From: an uncultured Elusimicrobia bacterium
GTDB taxonomy: Bacteria; Elusimicrobiota; Elusimicrobia; 2-01-FULL-59-12
Assembly: GCA_963702895.1 (NCBI GenBank)
Contig: OY969767.1
Location: forward strand, 160,001-224,000
Length of the DNA stretch: 64,000 nucleotides
Direction of reading: 5' to 3'
The notes beneath the pieces are model-generated. The model saw only the letters and a list, made by a program, of their open reading frames with translations, made no database searches and was not told the DNA's origin. Position numbers and translations under genes: made by a program. Shown here piece after piece: positions 1-8,080 of the stretch (position 1 is its first letter; the number at the start of each line of letters is the position of its first letter).

Positions 1-1
1 C

Positions 2-325
2 GTGTTCGGCCAATTTTGTTTTTGGCCGTTCGGTCGCGAAGCGATTGATCGCCAAGAACTAACGGGAGAGTCCGACATCGGCACCGGCGCGGCAGGGTTC
101 ATCGGCAACGTAATCTGGTTCTTCGCGTGCGGTTTCTGGCTCTGCCTCGGGCACCTTTCAGCCGCCCTAGCGCACGCAGTCACGATCATAGGCATCCCAT
201 TCGCTATTCAACACTTTAAGCTTGCCCTGTGCGCCCTCGCCCCGATCGGAAAGACAATTGTCACACGGGAGGAAGCAGCGGCCGCGCGAGAATACAACGA
301 AGCCAGCGAAGAGTCTGATACCTAA
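2..325 (+). CDS. yccF: YccF-domain inner membrane protein (5'-partial)
   Basis: Repeated WPFG / GNVIW..GFWL / IIGIPFAIQHFKLA..ALAPIGK motifs typical of YccF; frame open at window start. Confidence 0.85.
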   Translation: MFGQFCFWPFGREAIDRQELTGESDIGTGAAGFIGNVIWFFACGFWLCLGHLSAALAHAVTIIGIPFAIQHFKLALCALAPIGKTIVTREEAAAAREYNEASEESDT

Positions 326-362
326 AACGGGCGCCAAGTTCCCCGATTTATGAGGAAATGGA

Positions 363-1430
363 TTGATGGATCCGAGATTTGTTGACCCAATAAATTGCAA
401 TGCTCTCTTGCCGAATATCGGCAACCTCCCCTTCGTCGCCCAATTAGAACACTGCCTCTGCGAGCTTAACGATAATCACCTTAGGCATCTCGGATTCTTT
501 CATAAGCTCTTACAACAGAACTCCCAATCTATCAACTCGCCGTTGTCGTCAGATCGATTTACTTGGACACAACTTAATATCGTCCAAGTCGCCTACGTAG
601 CCACCCGTGAAATTAATACGCAAGCAGTCGAGTTCCCTTATCCAAACCCTATCAGTTTGCACATTGGACTCGAACTGAACAACGATTTGTCTTGGAAAGT
701 AATAGTGCCACTTCAATACCTTCTTAAAGGATGGGGCGACGCAAATAAAGGGCACCAAGGATATGTTCATTCGATAACACGTAAAGTCCCACGTCATGAG
801 ACGCCCGATCAGTTATTTGAACGACAAGTGAAGGATCAAGACAGCTACTACTATGTTGGAATAACAGGTCGGAATTGGTTGCAGCGATTAAACGAGCACG
901 TCGGCGAAATGCATCGTGGTTCTCGAAAGAACTTTCATAAAGCTTGGCGGGAAAGTTTAGGCATGCAGAACGTACAGATTATTTCCGCGTTGAGAACCGT
1001 AAACATGAGCTTCGATGAGGCGATGAATTGGGAGGAACAGGAAGTAGATAGAATTTCAAGCGATCAGTACGGCCTAAATATGATCCCAGGTGGATTTAAG
1101 GGGCTGAAGAAGCTACATGAGCTCGGAATCACCAGTTGCGTGCGAATTTCATTGGATGAAAGAGAACGGGCGATTGAAGAGTTCATACGACGAAACCCTA
1201 GGAAAGGAATTCCCAATCCATTTATGAAAGCACTTTGGGAAAATGATGACCACTACCTAAAAGTGATCGGTTCTCGTGAAAAGACTCTGACCCCAGATCA
1301 AGTAAGGAGCATCAGAGCACTTCATCAATCTGGCAGTTCTGTAGAGGAGATTACAGAAAAAGTCGGTGCATTACATGAGAAACAGGTGAAAGATGTGTTA
1401 GCAAACAGGACTTACATCCGTATTCATTAG
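363..1430 (+). CDS. Hypothetical protein with GIY-YIG-like nuclease segment and C-terminal HTH
   Basis: 355-aa AT-richer ORF; GYVHSI...YYYVGITGRNWLQRLNEH...EEQE...GLNM resembles GIY-YIG; C-terminal LTPDQVRSIR...VKDVLANRTY resembles homing-endonuclease HTH. Confidence 0.55.
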   Translation: MMDPRFVDPINCNALLPNIGNLPFVAQLEHCLCELNDNHLRHLGFFHKLLQQNSQSINSPLSSDRFTWTQLNIVQVAYVATREINTQAVEFPYPNPISLHIGLELNNDLSWKVIVPLQYLLKGWGDANKGHQGYVHSITRKVPRHETPDQLFERQVKDQDSYYYVGITGRNWLQRLNEHVGEMHRGSRKNFHKAWRESLGMQNVQIISALRTVNMSFDEAMNWEEQEVDRISSDQYGLNMIPGGFKGLKKLHELGITSCVRISLDERERAIEEFIRRNPRKGIPNPFMKALWENDDHYLKVIGSREKTLTPDQVRSIRALHQSGSSVEEITEKVGALHEKQVKDVLANRTYIRIH

Positions 1431-1488
1431 TCGGGTGCTTGAAACTTGTTATACGTAACCAATGGCTCCCTTCCTCGCAGTTCCACAC

Positions 1489-1802
1489 TGTAGAGCCGAT
1501 CAGCTTTCCGATCAGCATCCAAAATCACCCCTCCGGACTAATTCACCGATCAGGGCGTCATCCCGCGCTATAATGGCTTCGCGGGGTGGAGCAGCCCGCC
1601 TCCGCCAAGGCTTCGGCGGGTGAACCTGGTATCCCCGTCCGCCGAACCCCGCAGGGCGAAGGAGGATCGTCGGGCAAGATTCACAATCCTATCTACATTT
1701 AGACCTGTTACGTTCTTCTAAGTCCTCTATATTTTCGCCATTTTGTCTTTCTTAGCCCTCCTTCGCTGGATCAAGTTGTAGAGCCGATCAGTCTTCCGAT
1801 CA
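1489..1802. repeat. 26-bp direct repeat pair (1489-1514 and 1777-1802)
   Basis: TGTAGAGCCGATCAG-CT/TC-TTCCGATCA, 24/26 identical. Confidence 0.85.
1580..1675 (+). pseudogene. 5' half of initiator tRNA-Met interrupted by two hairpin repeats
   Basis: CGCGGGGTGGAGCAGCC (1580-1596), CCTGGTA (1625-1631) and TCGTCGGGC (1667-1675) match canonical tRNA-fMet in order; TATAAT at 1569-1574; 3' half absent. Confidence 0.75.
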
Positions 1803-1807
1803 TTACC

Positions 1808-1862
1808 ATGAGCCAAATAAGACTGGAATATAGCTCATAAAACAGCTATTATTTGAGCTATA
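1808..1862. promoter_or_regulatory. Putative operator of the fic gene
   Basis: Perfect inverted repeat TATAGCTCA (1829-1837) / TGAGCTATA (1854-1862) plus ATGAGC half-site at 1808, just before the ATG. Confidence 0.5.
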
Positions 1863-1865
1863 AGA

Positions 1866-3002
1866 ATGGATCCTATCGCTCACACAAAATGGAACTGGCA
1901 ACAACCGGATTGGCCGGACTTCCGCTACGATGCTCGCCGCCTCGAGCAGCAGGAGTCCGCGTTTTTGAATCACGGTGGGATTCTTGTGGGGACGATCAAG
2001 CACCTGAACACAGCGGACCGCGATCAATTGCGGATTGAATTAATGAGCAATGAGGCTGTGCAGACTTCAGCCATTGAAGGAGAGATCCTTGATCGCGATA
2101 GCGTTCAATCCTCCCTTCGGCGGCAGTTTGGCCTAAAAACGGACGATCGCCGGATACCGCCCGCTGAACAAGGCATCGCCGCGATGATGATCGATCTCTA
2201 TCGATCCTTTGCGGAAACGCTGACCCATGAAACGATGTTCCGCTGGCACCGCCTGCTGACGAATGGACGCCAGGATCTCAGAGATATTGGCCAATACCGA
2301 ACACATCCCGAACCGATGGTCATTGTCTCCGGCCGATACGATGAGCCGAAGATTCATTTTGAAGCGCCGCCGTCAACAGAGGTTCCGAAAGAGATGGGCC
2401 GCTATGTCCATTGGTTTAATGGCAGTGCCTCGGGCGGACCCGGTGCCCTTCCCGCTCTGACCCGCGCCGGCATCGCGCATCTGTATTTCGTCTCCATCCA
2501 TCCGTTTGAAGATGGCAATGGACGGATCAGCCGCGCTCTGGCGGAAAAGGTTTTAGCTCAGAGTCTCGGTTTACCAACATTAATTGCGCTCTCAGACACG
2601 ATCGAACGCCGGCGCAAGGACTATTACCGTGCCCTCGAAGACGCCAATCGTGATAACAGCATCGATCCTTGGCTCACGTGGTTTGCCACAACCGTCATCG
2701 ATGCTCAGCGTTCGACGCAGGTGCGAGCAGAATTTGTGATCGAAAAAACGAAGCTGCTGGACCGCCTGAGAGGTCAGTTGAACCCGCGACAGGAAAAAGT
2801 CCTTTTGCGGATGTTCCAGGAGGGGCCGGAAGGCTTTAAGGGCGGCATGAGTGCCGACAAGTACCTCCGCATTGCGCCGACCTCACGCGCCACCGCGACC
2901 CGCGACCTGCAGGACCTCGTCGAAAAAGGTGCGCTCACTCGCAAAGGCGAACGCAAGCACACTCGCTACTTCCTTGCGGGAGATCCCAGCTCAAAGATGT
3001 AA
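1866..3002 (+). CDS. Fic family protein (DUF4172 N-terminus, C-terminal wHTH)
   Basis: WNWQQPDWPDFRYD N-terminus; HPFEDGNGRISR Fic motif; SRATATRDLQDLVEKG wHTH. Confidence 0.92.
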   Translation: MDPIAHTKWNWQQPDWPDFRYDARRLEQQESAFLNHGGILVGTIKHLNTADRDQLRIELMSNEAVQTSAIEGEILDRDSVQSSLRRQFGLKTDDRRIPPAEQGIAAMMIDLYRSFAETLTHETMFRWHRLLTNGRQDLRDIGQYRTHPEPMVIVSGRYDEPKIHFEAPPSTEVPKEMGRYVHWFNGSASGGPGALPALTRAGIAHLYFVSIHPFEDGNGRISRALAEKVLAQSLGLPTLIALSDTIERRRKDYYRALEDANRDNSIDPWLTWFATTVIDAQRSTQVRAEFVIEKTKLLDRLRGQLNPRQEKVLLRMFQEGPEGFKGGMSADKYLRIAPTSRATATRDLQDLVEKGALTRKGERKHTRYFLAGDPSSKM

Positions 3003-3056
3003 TCTCCAGCACACCGTGGCCTCGTACGCCAACACCATCGCGGTCTATTTTCGAGG

Positions 3057-3145
3057 GTCGCGGCGGCCCTCGATGAGGCGCTCGCGGGCGAACCCGTCAC
3101 GACGCCGTTCACGAACCCTACGGCTGCAGCGTCAAGTATCAATAA
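3057..3145 (+). pseudogene. Frameshifted C-terminal fragment of a thioredoxin-like redoxin
   Basis: VAAALDEALAGEPVTTPFT then shifted-frame PYGCSVKYQ*, the typical C-terminus of AhpC/TSA-like redoxins. Confidence 0.55.
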
Positions 3146-3221
3146 GGAGATCAGCGGCTCAAGCGCCGGCGTCCGGTGAGCGTCGTCCTGTGGCCGGCCC
3201 GTAGGGCGCGGTCCTCTCGTG

Positions 3222-5297
3222 TTACTCCACGGTGAGCGTATTGTTTTGGAGTTGGATCCGGGAGAGGAGAATACGTCCGGGGAAACTGGGCTGGGGGTCA
3301 AACCAAAGCCTTTGACGGGAGGCCTTTCCGAGCACCCACCCCGGCAGTGGGACGCCCGCGAGGCGCACGCTTTTCAGGGTGGCCTTGAGATGGGGATGCG
3401 GGCCGGCGAGGACCAGCTCAAGGCGCACAGCCGCCTGGAGGGAGAGTCCATGCCACCGGGCTCTGGCGATCACCTGTCCGTTTTGAAATTCCACCCGAAC
3501 TGCTTCGATGCCTTTGATCGTGCTCAGCCGTGTCTCGAGCGCCTCGGCCGGCAGCTCGAGCGATGCCCCGATGGAATCCAAGGCCATGAGTCCTAAGCGG
3601 TCCTCGTCCCACAAGCGGTAAAGATTCAACCAGGGCTTGAAGAGGACCACGCGAAGGCGGGGGACCTTCACTCCTTCTACGACACAATCCGAACACGACG
3701 CCGTGAGCCGGCTCAAGCGCCCTTCGCGCAATCCCTGGGACGACGCTTGAACGGAAACCTCGATCGGGCCTTGAACCCAACGTTGGAGTGTATGGGCAAG
3801 ACGCTTGGAGACCGACTCGGTTGTGAGGGGGGAAACCTGAAAGACCGGGTGAGGGGCTCGCTGATAAAGGCGTACCGTGCTCTGGTCTGGCAATGAATAG
3901 GTGGTCCGCAAGGGGTAGACCTCTTGAAAAGCCCGCGTTTCTGGCTCCACGTCACGCCACTCCGCCGACAACTGATGTCTTTCGGAGCCCTGATCGCCTT
4001 CCCGGTGGATCAGGTATTCCACAAAACTCGCGTCGCCATCTCCGGAACGTGTCGTTTTCAATGAATAACCTTGGCCGCGCAGGGTCCACCTCAGGGTTCT
4101 GGCAAAGAACCGAGGGTGATGTGAAATGACGCTGGCGATCACCATCGGTTGCGAGGTGTCATGATGATCTTCCAGATAGCGGCCAATCTCGGTGATGCGC
4201 CAGTTCTCTTTGGCAGGACGATCGTAGGTCCATAACGTGTAACCGAAAAGGATACTGACGGAGGCCCAGAGGAAATAAGGTCGCCACGCGCGCGGCATGC
4301 GCTCGTTCCAGCCGCGCGCGGCGAGGAACGCGATAGCCGGCAAGCCGGGCAGGATGTGCCGTGGATCTTTATTCATCATGGCGCTCAGAATGATGAAACT
4401 GGAGACAAACCAGACCCACAAAAGCCCGTCGCTTTGCCGGCTCGGCAGGCGCTGGAGGGCCTTCGCGGCAAACAGAAGACCAAGCCCGGTGAAGAGGGTC
4501 TGCGGGATTCCCAACTGTTCGGGCCACACCCGAAGATAAAAAGACGCGCCGGCGATCGTCCGGGGGTCCACTCCGGCGCCGGTCACTTCACCGATCAGGC
4601 CGAAGGCCTTGCTCAGGAAGGCGGCGCTGTTCCACCCATACCAGGACCCTCCCACAACGGCGGCAAGGAGTATCCCGAGGCCCGCGTTCTTATACCGAGA
4701 GGCTTCCCTCCCTCGAGAGAGCGTCCAGATCACCGGAACCAGGAAGAATATCACGAAGGAAAATTTGATGAGCGCCGCCAGTGCCAGGGCGAGGCCCCAT
4801 GCGAGGCTGGCGCGGCGCAGAGAAAACTCACGGGTCCTGGCCAGTAATCCCATGGCCAAGGTGACGCAGGCCATGAGCGGAAAATCCGTCAGAGAGCGTC
4901 GCGAGGCCCATAGCACGTAGCTATACCCCAACGTCAGAACAGCCGCGGCCAAGCTTTCGTCATCGGGCCTCCCCTGCGCCCTGCCCAAGAGCAGGACACC
5001 GTAAAGAAAAAGAAGCAGATAGAACGCGTGTGCCATGACCGCCTTCGATTCCGTGGGCCATCCGATGCTCATGAAGGGGAAGATGGAGAAGTGATACAGC
5101 GGCGGGTAAACCGAGGCCCAGGGGTTCTGCAGCGGGTTGTCCCGGAGGACCCAGTCGTGATAGTCCATGGCGAGTTGCATGTGCTTGGTCTCGTCCATCG
5201 AAGAGGGGCGGTCCTGGAGGCCGTGCCAACCCACGATGGTGCTCATGAAGAAGAACGCGATGAGACCCATTTTTGTGACGGACGATCGGTCGAGCAT
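3222..5297 (-). CDS. ArnT/PMT (GT-C) family glycosyltransferase with C-terminal LmeA/DUF2993-like domain
   Basis: DE motif after TM1, YPPLY, many TM helices, NKDPRHILP; beta-rich C-terminal domain; ATG at 5297 follows TATAAT. Confidence 0.7.
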   Translation of the reverse strand: MLDRSSVTKMGLIAFFFMSTIVGWHGLQDRPSSMDETKHMQLAMDYHDWVLRDNPLQNPWASVYPPLYHFSIFPFMSIGWPTESKAVMAHAFYLLLFLYGVLLLGRAQGRPDDESLAAAVLTLGYSYVLWASRRSLTDFPLMACVTLAMGLLARTREFSLRRASLAWGLALALAALIKFSFVIFFLVPVIWTLSRGREASRYKNAGLGILLAAVVGGSWYGWNSAAFLSKAFGLIGEVTGAGVDPRTIAGASFYLRVWPEQLGIPQTLFTGLGLLFAAKALQRLPSRQSDGLLWVWFVSSFIILSAMMNKDPRHILPGLPAIAFLAARGWNERMPRAWRPYFLWASVSILFGYTLWTYDRPAKENWRITEIGRYLEDHHDTSQPMVIASVISHHPRFFARTLRWTLRGQGYSLKTTRSGDGDASFVEYLIHREGDQGSERHQLSAEWRDVEPETRAFQEVYPLRTTYSLPDQSTVRLYQRAPHPVFQVSPLTTESVSKRLAHTLQRWVQGPIEVSVQASSQGLREGRLSRLTASCSDCVVEGVKVPRLRVVLFKPWLNLYRLWDEDRLGLMALDSIGASLELPAEALETRLSTIKGIEAVRVEFQNGQVIARARWHGLSLQAAVRLELVLAGPHPHLKATLKSVRLAGVPLPGWVLGKASRQRLWFDPQPSFPGRILLSRIQLQNNTLTVE

Positions 5298-5351
5298 GGG
5301 GCGATTATACACGAGGAGCTTGAAGCGTCCGGTCCAAGACGCCCAGACGCA

Positions 5352-5972
5352 TCAACGCGATGGGCCCGTTGGACGAGGAGCGAGGTCCTCTTTTTCGGCG
5401 AGGAGGCTGTCCAGCAGAACCGTGATCTCATGCTTATCCCAGCGGAAGGCGCCTGAGCGGCTCAGCGCCACTTTCCCAAATCGCGAGACAATGAACGTCG
5501 ACGGCAGGCCCGTGACGCGGAAGGAAGGGGGGGCTTGCAGGACCGTGTAGATGGGAAGTTCAATCTTACGCTTTTGAATAAAGCGCTGAACGACTCTGGG
5601 GTCTTCGTTGGTGAGACAGAGGAACATCACGTCGGTGTCGCGGTAGCGCTCATAGAGCTTTTCGATACTCGGAAGTTCCATCCGGCAGGGCGAACACCAG
5701 GTGGCCCAAAAATTCAGGAAAAGGACCTTTCCTTTGAGAGTCGAGAGCGGAAAGGTTTGGCGGCCGTCCAGTGACTGAACAGACCACGCGTCCTCGATAG
5801 GAGTGCCTGGCTCGAGGGGTGTGAGCTCCCGGCGCGCGCGCTCCGCGCGCGCCTGAAGGATCGCGGGCAAACGCGTTTTCATCAGATGATAAGCCCCCCA
5901 GGCGATGAGGCCCAGGACGAGCACGACCAAGAAGTCGGAGAGAAAATCTTTTCGCGAATAATCGATCGCCAT
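5352..5972 (-). CDS. TlpA/ResA-family thiol-disulfide oxidoreductase
   Basis: LNFWATWCSPCRMELP; N-terminal TM anchor. Confidence 0.9.
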   Translation of the reverse strand: MAIDYSRKDFLSDFLVVLVLGLIAWGAYHLMKTRLPAILQARAERARRELTPLEPGTPIEDAWSVQSLDGRQTFPLSTLKGKVLFLNFWATWCSPCRMELPSIEKLYERYRDTDVMFLCLTNEDPRVVQRFIQKRKIELPIYTVLQAPPSFRVTGLPSTFIVSRFGKVALSRSGAFRWDKHEITVLLDSLLAEKEDLAPRPTGPSR

Positions 5973-6090
5973 ACCCGCGCACTATAGAAAATACCGGAGT
6001 CCCTGCAAATAGTTTAAGGATGGCGGGGTGATGCGTATCGTGGGATTCTGCAGGACCCGTTGTGCCAGGCGCCAGCTCCTACGAACAGCC

Positions 6091-6174
6091 TGTCATCCCG
6101 GCGCGACCCTAGCCGGGATCCATCTTCTTGAGTGTCTTCTTGATAGACCCCGGCTTACTACCGCCGGGGTGACG
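6091..6174. repeat. (C/T)GTCA-tagged palindromic repeat pair
   Basis: TGTCATCCCGGC...GCCGGGATCCATC / GATAGACCCCGGC...GCCGGGGTGACG. Confidence 0.85.
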
Positions 6175-6221
6175 TCTTGACTGAATTCTTCGGTTCGGCC
6201 GTCTTCCCGGAAGGTCGCCTT

Positions 6222-7055
6222 CTACCAGGATTTTGCTTTCTCTAAGATATAGACAGGGACGTTATGGCGGTTGAAGCGCGCTTCCTCGTATTTGTCTTTG
6301 ACGGCCAGGTCGATCCGCAAGCCCTTGATCGCGCTTCCCGTGTCGGACGCATACGAATACCCATACCCCTGCACGTAGAGCCTTGTCCGTAAGGGAATCA
6401 CCTTCGGATCCACCGCCACAAGACCGCGTTGTAATTTGTGGCCTAAAAAGGTGGTGTCGCTGGGTACCGTTTTTTCTCCTACGTAATAGCCTGTCGCTCG
6501 CATGTGAAGGACTTTTGAACGAAGGAGATCATACTCCCGCACGGGTCTGCCAGCACGGCTTAGAAGCGTCAGCTTGTAGAAAGGAAGACGTGTCTTCTTG
6601 GTCTGTACGACCGCTCGTTTGACCTCCACACCGTCATAGGCGATGACTTCGATCTGGGACTTTTCCACGGGGGCATAGCCGCGTTGGACAAGAACGCGCC
6701 GGAGATTCTGTCTGTTTCGGACCTGCCACCTGACGATCGGTGTGCCGGTTGAGATTTCCACCACTTGACGACGTTCGACGCGCGTGACTTTCGCGGCGGT
6801 CTTGGAATCAATCCTCGTTTCCAGTGACGGGATGGTGAAGTCATCGGGCCCTAGAGGAATACGTTCTTCCTCTAAAAATTCCCTGAGGGTGTGGGCCTTG
6901 GTGAAGATGCGGCGCGTCTTGCCATCGGCGGTCAAACGAACGCTGTTGGCGCGCCAGTAATAAAGGCTTCCGGCGGACAAAAAGAGGAGCGTCGCCAAAG
7001 CGCCGACGATATAAGGGTGTCTGGGGTGGCTAAAGTCTGAAGAGAGCTTTGGCAT
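6222..7055 (-). CDS. YabE-like 3D-domain protein (DUF348/G5/3D)
   Basis: TM anchor; VAVDPKVIPL...ASDTGSAIKGLRIDL 3D motif; follows tatD as in the conserved metG-tatD-yabE order. Confidence 0.85.
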   Translation of the reverse strand: MPKLSSDFSHPRHPYIVGALATLLFLSAGSLYYWRANSVRLTADGKTRRIFTKAHTLREFLEEERIPLGPDDFTIPSLETRIDSKTAAKVTRVERRQVVEISTGTPIVRWQVRNRQNLRRVLVQRGYAPVEKSQIEVIAYDGVEVKRAVVQTKKTRLPFYKLTLLSRAGRPVREYDLLRSKVLHMRATGYYVGEKTVPSDTTFLGHKLQRGLVAVDPKVIPLRTRLYVQGYGYSYASDTGSAIKGLRIDLAVKDKYEEARFNRHNVPVYILEKAKSW

Positions 7056-7890
7056 TGGCGGTCGTCTGGCGCGCGACTTCCTCCGTGGTCTTATGCTGGA
7101 GCGCGCCTACGGCTTCTGCGATGATGGGGATATAGGCGGGCTCATTTCGCTGGCCGCGAAAGAGCTGTGGAGCCAGATAGGGGGCATCCGTTTCCAGGAT
7201 TAAAGATTCCAAGGGGAGCCGTGCGACATGGCCCTGGAGCGGCTTGCTGTTGGGGTAGGTGACGGGACCGTCAATGCCAAGAAGAAAACCATGTCCCATA
7301 TACGTTTGCGCGTCTTGCCAGGTTCCCGAAAAGCAGTGGATGGTCCCCTGGGGCTTGGCCGCCGATGGGGTGTCGGGGGCGTTAGGGTAGCGTTCCCGCA
7401 GTTTCTTTTGGATATCGGCATGGGCCCCGCCTCCAGTCTCTTGAGGCCGCGGGACCGAGCTTCCAGGTGAGGCGTGTCGCTCAGCCTCTCGGCAGTGAAT
7501 GACCGCCGGTTTGCCGACCTCCCTGGCCAGGTCCAGCTGCTGAGAAAAAAGATAATCCTGTTGTTCCTTGCTGTTCTGCATCCGGAAATAGTCCAGCCCG
7601 AACTCTCCCACCGCGACCACTTTGGGCCTTTTCAGGTACTCCCTGAGGCGGCGAGAGAGACCGGGCCACTCACGGGGTCCGGCTTGGTGGGCATGATGGG
7701 GGTGAATGCCGAGACTTGCGAACACGCCCGGTTTCTTTTCCGCCAAGTCGACCGCCGCCTCCCACATGTCCGGCGATTCCGCGATCTCGACCAGGATTGT
7801 GACGCCCGCTTGCAGAGCCCGACCGATCGCGGCTTCGCGATCGGCATCAAACTGCGTGTCGGCCAGATGGCAATGGGTGTCGGTGAACAT
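7030..7890 (-). CDS. tatD: TatD family deoxyribonuclease (with ~20-aa insertion)
   Basis: DTHCH, GIHPH, GEFGLDY, HCREA, HCFSG, LETDAPYLAP, RNEP. Confidence 0.95.
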   Translation of the reverse strand: MFTDTHCHLADTQFDADREAAIGRALQAGVTILVEIAESPDMWEAAVDLAEKKPGVFASLGIHPHHAHQAGPREWPGLSRRLREYLKRPKVVAVGEFGLDYFRMQNSKEQQDYLFSQQLDLAREVGKPAVIHCREAERHASPGSSVPRPQETGGGAHADIQKKLRERYPNAPDTPSAAKPQGTIHCFSGTWQDAQTYMGHGFLLGIDGPVTYPNSKPLQGHVARLPLESLILETDAPYLAPQLFRGQRNEPAYIPIIAEAVGALQHKTTEEVARQTTANAKALFRL

Positions 7891-7929
7891 TAGGATCGCG
7901 AAGCTGAATGCTGGAGGGAAGCTTCAGCT

Positions 7930-8038
7930 CCTTCTCCCGGCGCGTGCGACGGGAGAAGGTCAGGATGAGGGCGCGTTGATTTTGCCCTCACCCGTTGCCC
8001 TTTGGGCAATGCCCTCTCCCACGTTCCGCGGGAGAGGG
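7930..8038. repeat. CCCTCTCCC/GGGAGAGGG three-hairpin palindromic repeat with nested mini-hairpin
   Basis: CCTTCTCCCG..CGGGAGAAGG, GATGAGGGC..GCCCTCACC, GCCCTCTCCC..GGGAGAGGG; last hairpin 27/28 identical to 21185-21212; nested TTGCCCTTTGGGCAA. Confidence 0.85.
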
Positions 8039-8080
8039 TGGTCCTTCCATCGCCAAATTTGATGGTGCTCTCGGCACACA

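Noticed and set aside
2851..3301. ORFs 2851-3204 (+) and 2966-3301 (-) as genes
   Set aside because: They overlap real genes and have low-complexity translations; only the short redoxin relic is supportable
5994..6193. Full MITE wrapper around the 6091-6174 palindrome
   Set aside because: The right end resembles the family TIR, but the left end and duplication are too degenerate to call
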